DNA of 64,000 nucleotides from Candidatus Omnitrophota bacterium (lineage in GTDB: Bacteria > Omnitrophota > Gorgyraeia > Gorgyraeales > Gorgyraeaceae): the NCBI GenBank assembly GCA_043814965.1, contig JBDRJN010000015.1, positions 1,503 through 65,502 of the forward strand, read 5' to 3'. Positions within the stretch are counted from its first letter, which is position 1. Each line of letters starts with the position of its first letter. Shown here in pieces: positions 10,378-18,249 of this stretch. Made by a program: the position numbers and the translations under genes. The notes under the pieces were generated by a model. The model saw only the letters and a list, made by a program, of their open reading frames with translations, was not told the origin of the DNA and made no database searches.

Positions 10378-12543
10378 ATGACCAAGAATTTACAATGGAA
10401 GGTAGCTTTAACTATAGGGGTAGTGATAGTAGCGCTTTTAGGCATGCTGCCTCTAAAGGAAAAGATAAATCTAGGATTGGATCTACAAGGAGGCATGCAC
10501 CTTGTCTTAAAAGTAGATACATCGAAGATCCCTGAAGAGGCAAGAGAAGATGCCCCCAATAGGGCGCTCGAGGTAATACGCAATAGGATCGATCAATTCG
10601 GAGTAAGGGAGCCTCTCATACAGAGACAAGGTACAAATTCTATAGTGGTACAGCTTCCCGGGGTAACGGATAGGGATAGGGCTATCGAACTTATAGGAAA
10701 GACTGCCCAGCTCGAGTTCAAACTTGTAGAAAACAATCCAGAGTTGAATAAAAGGGCAAGGGAAGGGGATGTCCCTGCAGGGTATGAAGTCAAGATAGTT
10801 GAAAAAGACACTCTTCTTTTACACAAAGAGTCAGCCCTTACAGGCGATACCCTTACAAAGGCAGAAGTGCAGTTTGATCAATCTGGTTTTAATCAGCCTT
10901 ATATATCTATAGAGTTTAATTCTAAAGGCGCAAGCATATTTTCGGAGCTTACAGGTAAAAGCGTGGGTGAGAGGCTTGCCATTGTCTTGGATGGCACAGT
11001 TTATTCAGCTCCCAGGATAAATGAAAAGATCCCTTCAGGGAGAGCTCAGATAACAGGCCGTTTTACAGTAGAAGAAGCAGGGGACTTGGCTATAGTCCTA
11101 AGAGCCGGCGCTCTTCCAGCGCCTATTTATATAGAAGAAGAGCGTACTGTAGGGTCTCTCTTGGGAAAAGATTCTATAGAAAGCGGTATAAGGGCTTCCA
11201 TGATAGGGGTTTTACTTGTAATAGGTTTTATGCTTTTATATTATCTTTTTGCAGGTATAGTTGCGAGCATTGCAATGTTACTTAATTTTATTATAGTACT
11301 AGGAGTGTTGGGATGGTTTCATACTACATTGACCCTTCCTGGCATAGCAGGCCTTATACTTGTCATCGGTATGGCAGTTGACGCAAATGTGCTGATATAC
11401 GAACGTATAAGAGAAGAGCTTTCGACAGGCAAACATATTCGCAGCGCTATAGGAGCTGGTTACAATAAGGCCTTTACTACGATACTTGATTCCAACATTA
11501 CGACATTGATTGCAGCAGCGCTTCTTTTTAAATTTGGCACAGGCCCTATAAGGGGATTTGGCGTAACTCTCAGTATAGGTATATTGGCCAGTATGTTCAC
11601 GGCCATATTTGTTACAAGGATAATATTTGATCTTGTGACTACTAATAAGAATTTTACAAGATTGCCGATGCTTCAGCTTTTCAAGAAAACAAATATAGAT
11701 TTTATAAGCAAAAGATGGATAGCTCTCGGGCTTTCTCTTGTAGTTTTGATAGGAGGCATGAGCGTCTTTTTTGCTAAAGGTGAAAAGGCATACGGTATTG
11801 ATTTTACTGGCGGGCAGATACAGGAATATTCATTTAAAGATCATATCAAGATAGATGATGCGAGAAAGGCTATTACGGATATAGGGATAAAGGATGCTAC
11901 CATACAGAGCGTTAAGGGTACAAATCAGATACTTATAAAGACCTCGGAAGACCAGGCCTCTAAGATACAGAAAAAATTTGAAGAGAGTTTTCCGGATAAT
12001 CCTTCAGACCTAATGAGAGTAGAAAAAGTAGGGCCATCAATAGGAAAACACCTCAGAAAAAGCGCGCGGCTGGCAATACTATGGTCTCTTATAGGTATAC
12101 TTATCTATGTCGGGGTAAGGTTCAAAAATATCCTGTTCGCAGGAGCAGGTGTCATAGCGCTTTTTCATGACGTATTTGTTGCGATGGGTTTTCTCGCATT
12201 TACAGGAAGAGAGCTCAATCTTACAATAGTGGCAGCGCTTCTTACGATAGCAGGTTATTCTATAAATGATACCATAGTAATATATGACAGGATAAGGGAG
12301 AATCTGAAGCTTTACAGAAAATCTTCCATGAAAGAGATAATAAATATGAGCGTAAATCAGACTCTTTCGAGAACTGTCCTTACGACACTCACTACGCTTC
12401 TGGCAGTATGTTCTATATTTTTATTCGGGGGAGAGGTGTTAAGGGATTTTTCATTCACTCTTCTAATAGGAATGATCTCAGGCATATACTCCACGATATA
12501 TATAGCCAGCCCGCTCATAATATTGTGGCACAGGAGGACTTGA
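10378..12543 (+). CDS. secDF: Fused protein translocase SecD-SecF
   Basis: LGLDLQGG, GMAVDANVLIYERIREE (SecD) and GIDFTGG, GYSINDTIVIYDRIRE (SecF) in one ORF. Confidence 0.96.
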   Translation: MTKNLQWKVALTIGVVIVALLGMLPLKEKINLGLDLQGGMHLVLKVDTSKIPEEAREDAPNRALEVIRNRIDQFGVREPLIQRQGTNSIVVQLPGVTDRDRAIELIGKTAQLEFKLVENNPELNKRAREGDVPAGYEVKIVEKDTLLLHKESALTGDTLTKAEVQFDQSGFNQPYISIEFNSKGASIFSELTGKSVGERLAIVLDGTVYSAPRINEKIPSGRAQITGRFTVEEAGDLAIVLRAGALPAPIYIEEERTVGSLLGKDSIESGIRASMIGVLLVIGFMLLYYLFAGIVASIAMLLNFIIVLGVLGWFHTTLTLPGIAGLILVIGMAVDANVLIYERIREELSTGKHIRSAIGAGYNKAFTTILDSNITTLIAAALLFKFGTGPIRGFGVTLSIGILASMFTAIFVTRIIFDLVTTNKNFTRLPMLQLFKKTNIDFISKRWIALGLSLVVLIGGMSVFFAKGEKAYGIDFTGGQIQEYSFKDHIKIDDARKAITDIGIKDATIQSVKGTNQILIKTSEDQASKIQKKFEESFPDNPSDLMRVEKVGPSIGKHLRKSARLAILWSLIGILIYVGVRFKNILFAGAGVIALFHDVFVAMGFLAFTGRELNLTIVAALLTIAGYSINDTIVIYDRIRENLKLYRKSSMKEIINMSVNQTLSRTVLTTLTTLLAVCSIFLFGGEVLRDFSFTLLIGMISGIYSTIYIASPLIILWHRRT

Positions 12544-12555
12544 CAGCTAGAAAAA

Positions 12556-13428
12556 ATGAAAAATGATAATAAGTTCTTATATATAAGGCGTATACTTATC
12601 CTGATACTTGTATTGAATTGGGCTATAGCGCTTAGTAAGATAATTTATGGCCTTATCACAAAGTGCGTATCAATGACAGCTGATGGCGTGCATTCTTTTG
12701 GGGATGGCGCAAGCAATATAATAGGCCTCATTGGTATCTGGCTGGCGTCTAAGCCTAAGGACGAGTCCCATCCATATGGCCACAAAAAATTTGAGACATT
12801 CGCTACCCTGGGTACAGTAGCTATACTTTTTTTAGCCTCTTTTAATATCCTGAAAGAGGCCCTATCCAGGTTGTTCAATCCAGTAATGCCTGATGTGAAC
12901 CTTGTGAGTTTTATCGTGATGTTCCTCACCATGGCTATAAATATCTTTATAGTCAGGTATGAACATGCTAAAGGCAAAGAACTCTCAAGTGATATACTTA
13001 CCTGTGATGCTCTGCATACAAAAAGCGATATCTTCGCATCCATCGCTGTCATAGGCACATTGATATCTATTAAAATGGGTTTTTGGGCTATGGATATAAT
13101 AGTAGCAGCCAGTATATCTCTTTTAATAGCAAGGTCCGCATTTCTTATATTAAAAGCAAGTTCCAAGGTATTGTGCGACGGAAACGTCCTGGTGGAGACC
13201 AGGATAACAGATGTAGTAAAAAAAGTAAAAGGCGTAAAATCCATACACAACGTCAGGACCCGCGGCAGAGAGGATGATATACACGTGGATCTGCATGTGA
13301 CGATCGATAAGGATATGCATGTTGATAAGGCGCATAGTTTGAGCCACGACATACAAGAAGCTTTAAGAGGAGCTATAAAGGGTATCACAGAAGTTAGTGT
13401 TCATCTAGAGCCGCATAATCATAAATGA
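12556..13428 (+). CDS. Cation diffusion facilitator (FieF-like) transporter
   Basis: ADGVHSFGD, HPYGHKKFE, DALHTKSD, C-terminal VHLEP. Confidence 0.92.
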   Translation: MKNDNKFLYIRRILILILVLNWAIALSKIIYGLITKCVSMTADGVHSFGDGASNIIGLIGIWLASKPKDESHPYGHKKFETFATLGTVAILFLASFNILKEALSRLFNPVMPDVNLVSFIVMFLTMAINIFIVRYEHAKGKELSSDILTCDALHTKSDIFASIAVIGTLISIKMGFWAMDIIVAASISLLIARSAFLILKASSKVLCDGNVLVETRITDVVKKVKGVKSIHNVRTRGREDDIHVDLHVTIDKDMHVDKAHSLSHDIQEALRGAIKGITEVSVHLEPHNHK

Positions 13429-13435
13429 GATTACC

Positions 13436-15136
13436 ATGAAACGATGGATCATTAAAGAACCAAAACCTACTTTGCAGAAAAAGCTTTCAAGTGATCTAGA
13501 CATTTCCAGTATCCTTACTCAGCTTCTTATTAATAGGAACATCAAGACATTGGAAAGCGCAAAGACGTTTTTAGGGGGAGACGCGCTTGAACTCTATGAC
13601 CCGTATCTAATGAAGGGCATGAGAGAGGCTGTCGATAGGTTAAAAAAAGCTATAGATAAAAAAGAGAAGATCCTTATCCATGGAGATTATGATGTGGATG
13701 GAGTGACAGCTGTCAGCCTGGTTATATATGTGCTGCGTAGCTTGGGGTTGGAACCAATATATTATATCCCGCATAGGGTCAGCGAGGGGTATGGCTTAAG
13801 CGAAGGAGGGGTTAAGGAGGCAATAGATAAAGAGGTAGGCCTTGTTTTGACAGTAGACTGTGGTATATGCAGTATTGAGGAAGTAAATATTTTAAAGGAT
13901 CATGGCATAGATACTATTATCACTGATCATCATGAGCCTCTCAAGGAAACTCCGAGAGCATATTCTATAATAGATCCTCACCAGAAGTCTTGCGCGTATC
14001 CCGATAAAGATCTTTCAGGGGTAAGCGTTGCTTTTAAATTGTGCGAGGCGCTATGCTCAGCGTACCATATAAAAGAAGCATGGAGGCATCTGGACCTGGT
14101 CGCCCTTGGCACTGTATCAGATGTCTGTCCTCTTGTAGGAGAAAATAGGCTTCTGGTAAAAGAAGGACTAAGGGTATTAAAAAATGGCATCAAGAACAAA
14201 GGCTTAAAAGCCCTTATTAAAGCAAGCGGACTTCATGACCGAGAGATCACTTCATATGACCTTGGCTTCATACTTGGCCCCAGGATAAACGCAACAGGAA
14301 GGATAGATACAGCAGACAGGGCAGTGGAACTTTTGATCACAGATGATGACAGTAAAGCAGAAGGCCTTGCAAAAGAACTTAACGAGGTAAATCGTGAACG
14401 CCAAAAGATAGGAAACCTTACTCTGAAAGAAGCCATGTCCAAGATCGACAGGGAAGTGAATTTCAAGGAGCATAAGGTCATAGTGCTTCACAATGAAGAT
14501 TGGCATACAGGAGTGATAGGCATTGTCGCTTCACGTATAGCTGATAAGTTTTACAGGCCATGCATAATGATATCTACTAAGGACGGCATGGGCAAAGGTT
14601 CGGGTAGATCCATAGATAGTTTCCATCTATTTGAGGCGCTTTCAGATTGCGGGGATATATTAAAGGAATATGGAGGGCATAAGTATGCATGCGGCCTTAC
14701 ACTTTTGGAGAAAAATCTAGCTAGTTTTAAGGCTACTATAAATGAGATAGCGAATAATGTTTTGACCGTCGAAGATATGATCCCTAGCCTGGATATTGAT
14801 ATGGAGATAGTGTTAAAAGACTTGAGTTATGATGTGGTAGTGGATATTGATAGATTAGAGCCTTTTGGCGCAGGCAATCCAAGGCCTTTATTCTGCTCTA
14901 AAGGCCTAAGGCTTGCGAGTTCTATAAGGATACTAAAGGGCGAGCATATCAAATTTCGCGCAACTGATGGTGTTAAGGATTTTGAAGTAATAGGATTTGG
15001 CTTGGCAAGAGAAGGTGACGCAGAGGCCATACTAAACGGAAGCCCCAGCTTCGATATCGTGTATACAGCATCTTTTAATACCTGGCAAGGCCTTGAGAAC
15101 ATACAGCTTACTTTAGAAGATATCAGGCCTTCGTGA
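13436..15136 (+). CDS. recJ: ssDNA exonuclease RecJ
   Basis: GDYDVDG, TVDCG, TDHH, GPRINATGR, GSGRS, GGH..ACG, LEPFGAGNP. Confidence 0.97.
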   Translation: MKRWIIKEPKPTLQKKLSSDLDISSILTQLLINRNIKTLESAKTFLGGDALELYDPYLMKGMREAVDRLKKAIDKKEKILIHGDYDVDGVTAVSLVIYVLRSLGLEPIYYIPHRVSEGYGLSEGGVKEAIDKEVGLVLTVDCGICSIEEVNILKDHGIDTIITDHHEPLKETPRAYSIIDPHQKSCAYPDKDLSGVSVAFKLCEALCSAYHIKEAWRHLDLVALGTVSDVCPLVGENRLLVKEGLRVLKNGIKNKGLKALIKASGLHDREITSYDLGFILGPRINATGRIDTADRAVELLITDDDSKAEGLAKELNEVNRERQKIGNLTLKEAMSKIDREVNFKEHKVIVLHNEDWHTGVIGIVASRIADKFYRPCIMISTKDGMGKGSGRSIDSFHLFEALSDCGDILKEYGGHKYACGLTLLEKNLASFKATINEIANNVLTVEDMIPSLDIDMEIVLKDLSYDVVVDIDRLEPFGAGNPRPLFCSKGLRLASSIRILKGEHIKFRATDGVKDFEVIGFGLAREGDAEAILNGSPSFDIVYTASFNTWQGLENIQLTLEDIRPS

Positions 15137-15350
15137 TCTTTCCAGCCTTGATACAACCGGTACAGACCTTTACCCTCTTGGTTGTTCCCTTTAAGATGAT
15201 CTTTACGGTTTGTAAGTTTGGTAGGAATCTTCGCTTTGTTATACCAGTGATCTTTTTACCAACCCCGCCTTTGGCCTTTGCCATACCGCGCCTGGAGATC
15301 TTTCTTCCGGCCATTGGCCCTTTGTTACATATCGCGCATACTCTTGACAT
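15123..15350 (-). CDS. rpmB: 50S ribosomal protein L28 (Zn-ribbon type)
   Basis: MSRVCAICNK...TKRRFLPNLQ...VCTGCIK. Confidence 0.95.
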   Translation of the reverse strand: MSRVCAICNKGPMAGRKISRRGMAKAKGGVGKKITGITKRRFLPNLQTVKIILKGTTKRVKVCTGCIKAGKITKA

Positions 15351-15436
15351 AATTAACTCCTTTAAATTTCATTGAATTAGAGCTAAAATAATAACATAAT
15401 ACAGGAGAACATGCAAGAGGAAAATTTTCATTTAAG

Positions 15437-15611
15437 TAGTATTCGCCAGAATGCTAGGCTTTCGAAAAATCGTTCAGCCCAGCGTTAGTAATGCGTAGGT
15501 GTGGGGCTTCACTCCACTTTATTTTGACAGGCAATCTAAATTGTAGTTTGTGGATCACAAAGTGCGCAAAATAAAAAGGTTTTTCTCATGCCTATCGTCC
15601 TGGCGATACTA
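15437..15611. mobile_element. Inverted-repeat-bounded element, copy A of a two-copy family
   Basis: Arms tagtattcgccagaatgctaggc / gcctatcgtcctggcgatacta enclose a core shared with 60233-60403. Confidence 0.65.
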
Positions 15612-15684
15612 GTTAAATTTTCTTCTTGGAGTCGTATGACCGGAGAAGATGTAAAGAGCTATAAGGAAAGACTGTGAACGAATT

Positions 15685-15848
15685 TGAAAATTTAGGCTTT
15701 TATGGAGCAATTTTCGGTTTTTATGCCGCATTTTATGAGGCGAAAAGGCTCGAAGCTGTTCGAAGCCACCGCACCAGATTTTGCAGTGGCAAGTTCTTCG
15801 AGCCCCGAAAAATTCTGAATAAAAGTCGACCCGAATGAGAAATTTTCA
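15685..15848. other. Long nested hairpin upstream of the radical SAM gene
   Basis: tgaaaattt/aaattttca, ggcttttat/ataaaagtc, ttttcgg/ccgaaaa, ggctcgaag/cttcgagcc, gccac/gtggc. Confidence 0.5.
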
Positions 15849-15890
15849 TATGAGTGAGCAGGTTTCCTTATAGCTCCGAACATATTTATT

Positions 15891-16832
15891 ATGAAGAATG
15901 AAATTAAGCAGGCATACAAGATGATGGAAGGCTGTTCCTTGTGCCCAAGGAATTGCGGGGTGAACCGCTTAAAGGGAGAGATCGGGTTCTGCAAGGCAGG
16001 CTTAAAGCCAATGTTCTCGAGCGCTCATCTACACTTTGGCGAAGAGCCGCCTATATCAGGAAAAAATGGATCCGGTACTATTTTTCTTACACATTGTAGC
16101 TTGAGGTGTTGCTTTTGCCAGAATCATCCTATAAGCCAATTAAGGCAAGACAATGTTGTAGGAATAGAACAATGTTCTATCCCTACAACAAAATTGTCAG
16201 ACATCATGTTAGGTTTAGAGAAGCAGGGAGCTCATAATATAAATTTTGTCACCCCCACTCATTATATGCCTCAAGTTTTGGAAGCTATAATGATTGCAAA
16301 AGATAAGGGCTTAACAATCCCGATAGTCTATAACTGCGGCGGGTACGAATCTTTTGAGGCTCTTAAACTTCTTAAGGGTGTAGTAGATATATATTTGCCT
16401 GACATGAAATATTCCGATGATCTAGTAGCCAAAAAGTATTCTTCGGCTCCTGATTACTTTGAGGTCAATAAGATTGCTATTAAAGAAATGTATGATCAGG
16501 TCGGGATGTTAGAAGTTGAAGATGGCATAGCGAAAAAAGGATTACTTATCAGGCACCTGGTATTGCCTGGCAATATTCAAGGCAGCGAAAAGATATTCTC
16601 ATTTATAATAAAAGAATTATCGCCTGATATTTATGTAAATATAATGGCGCAGTATTATCCATGTCATCTGGCGCATAAATTCCCAGAAATCAACCGCAGG
16701 ATCACGCATAAAGAATACATGGATACCATCAGGCTTGCCAAAAAAATGGGCTTAAAAGGCGGCTTCAGGCAGGTGCTTTCCACCATAAACAGGCTAAAGA
16801 TCCCTGAATGGACAGATGATCTAAAGGAATAA
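15891..16832 (+). CDS. Radical SAM protein, PflX-like
   Basis: CSLCPRNC, HFGEEPPISG, CxxxCxxC (CSLRCCFC), HNINFVTPTH, IYLPDMKY, RHLVLP. Confidence 0.9.
   Translation: MKNEIKQAYKMMEGCSLCPRNCGVNRLKGEIGFCKAGLKPMFSSAHLHFGEEPPISGKNGSGTIFLTHCSLRCCFCQNHPISQLRQDNVVGIEQCSIPTTKLSDIMLGLEKQGAHNINFVTPTHYMPQVLEAIMIAKDKGLTIPIVYNCGGYESFEALKLLKGVVDIYLPDMKYSDDLVAKKYSSAPDYFEVNKIAIKEMYDQVGMLEVEDGIAKKGLLIRHLVLPGNIQGSEKIFSFIIKELSPDIYVNIMAQYYPCHLAHKFPEINRRITHKEYMDTIRLAKKMGLKGGFRQVLSTINRLKIPEWTDDLKE
16154..16190. repeat. GTAG-type REP palindrome inside the PflX-like coding sequence
   Basis: tgttgtaggaatagaacaatgttctatccctacaaca; translated as VVGIEQCSIPTT. Confidence 0.75.
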
Positions 16833-16846
16833 AAGAATAAAAATTC

Positions 16847-16896
16847 TTGATTTTTAGCTGTAATATGGTATAATTTAGTCAGTTGATTGACTGAAT
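16847..16896 (+). promoter_or_regulatory. Putative promoter with adjacent palindrome
   Basis: TTGATT-16-TATAAT with TG extension, followed by agtca-gttgat-tgact dyad. Confidence 0.55.
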
Positions 16897-16919
16897 TAAT
16901 ATAAATTAGGAGTTTTATT

Positions 16920-18056
16920 ATGTATATTCCTCAAATCCAATTAAGTAATCTTAAAGGTATAATTAAGCCTCAAAAAGTTATAGTAATTTATGGGCCCAGG
17001 AGGTGTGGCAAGACTACTCTCTTGACGCATTTTTTAAAGGACGTAAAAGATAAATATTTATTTGTTAGTGGTGAAGATATAATAGTTCAAGATTTTTTAA
17101 GCAGCCAATCCATAGAAAAACTCCGTAGTTTCGTAGGAAGCAATAAGCTTTTAGTTATCGATGAAGCGCAAAAGATAAATTATATAGGTTTAAATCTAAA
17201 GTTGATAATCGATCATATGCCTGGGATTAAAGTTATCGCTACAGGTTCTTCATCGTTTGGCCTGGCGCATGAGATAGGAGAGCCTCTTACTGGAAGGAAG
17301 TTTACATTAAAGATGTTCCCTCTTTCTCAATTGGAATTATCTAATATTGAAACAAGGGCTGAGACAATAGCAAGGCTTGAAGAGCGCCTTATATATGGTT
17401 CTTATCCAGAGGTAGTTACAGCTGATGATATATCACAGAAAGTATTATATCTTAAAGAGATGATAAGTTCATATCTCTATAAGGATATCCTGGAGCTTGA
17501 AGGGATAAGGCATTCAAGCAAGATTGTCAGGCTATTGCAATTGTTGACCTTTCAGATAGGAAAAGAGGTCTCATATACCGAACTTGGAAGACAACTCGGT
17601 ATGAGTAAGAACACCATAGAAAAATATCTGGATCTTTTGGAAAAGGCATTCGTTATATTTAAACTGCGAGGTTTTAGCAGGAGTATCAGGAAGGAGATAT
17701 CAAAGAACCCCAGGTATTATTTTTATGACACAGGCATAAGAAATGCGTTGATCAACAATTTTAATATCCTATCTATGCGCGATGATATTGGCATGTTATG
17801 GGAGAACTATATTATTGTAGAAAGATTAAAGGCGCAGGAATATCTACACATGCAGGTAAATAATCATTTCTGGAGGACATATGACCGCAAGGAGATAGAT
17901 TTTATTGAGGAAAAAGATGGGATGCTGCATGGATATGAGATAACATGGTCAAATGCTAAGCGTAATGCGCCTAAAGAATGGCTCGATAAGTATAAAGCCG
18001 ACTATAAGGTTATTACCAAGGAAAATTATTTGGATTTTATAGTGTTAAATGTATAA
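16920..18056 (+). CDS. AAA+ ATPase (AAA_14/DUF4143 type)
   Basis: GPRRCGKTT, IDEAQ, ATGSS, EPLTGR, YGSYPE, YFYDTGIRNA, EIDF. Confidence 0.9.
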   Translation: MYIPQIQLSNLKGIIKPQKVIVIYGPRRCGKTTLLTHFLKDVKDKYLFVSGEDIIVQDFLSSQSIEKLRSFVGSNKLLVIDEAQKINYIGLNLKLIIDHMPGIKVIATGSSSFGLAHEIGEPLTGRKFTLKMFPLSQLELSNIETRAETIARLEERLIYGSYPEVVTADDISQKVLYLKEMISSYLYKDILELEGIRHSSKIVRLLQLLTFQIGKEVSYTELGRQLGMSKNTIEKYLDLLEKAFVIFKLRGFSRSIRKEISKNPRYYFYDTGIRNALINNFNILSMRDDIGMLWENYIIVERLKAQEYLHMQVNNHFWRTYDRKEIDFIEEKDGMLHGYEITWSNAKRNAPKEWLDKYKADYKVITKENYLDFIVLNV

Positions 18057-18076
18057 AAAGATACATAAAATTTCTC

Positions 18077-18173
18077 TTGATTAAATTAGCGTTTTTGGTA
18101 TAATATACATTAGCCTTCATGGGAAAAGGGAAAGGCTATTTTTTTACCTAAAATAAACAAGGCTTTAAAAAAC
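18077..18173 (+). promoter_or_regulatory. Promoter plus leader hairpin/U-tract and boxA-like motif
   Basis: TTGATT-16-TATAAT; tagcctt/aaggcta stem with catgggaaaa loop and T7; ctttaaaaaac at 18163. Confidence 0.6.
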
Positions 18174-18185
18174 CATAGTAAAATA

Positions 18186-18244
18186 GTCCCTCATCCCGAA
18201 GTTTCGGGACTCGAGACGAATTTTACTTCGTAAAATTCGAAGGA
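18186..18244 (+). repeat. Two-hairpin element ending at the SD (GTCCCTC...CTCG.GAC GAATTTT..AAAATTCG family)
   Basis: Similar to 29664-29731, 34227-34294 and reverse 41552-41600. Confidence 0.65.
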
Positions 18245-18249
18245 CAAAA

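Noticed and set aside
12645-13388. Long antisense ORFs (247 aa here, 228 aa at 58487-59173 and many shorter)
   Set aside because: Shadows of well-supported + strand genes with no recognisable motifs
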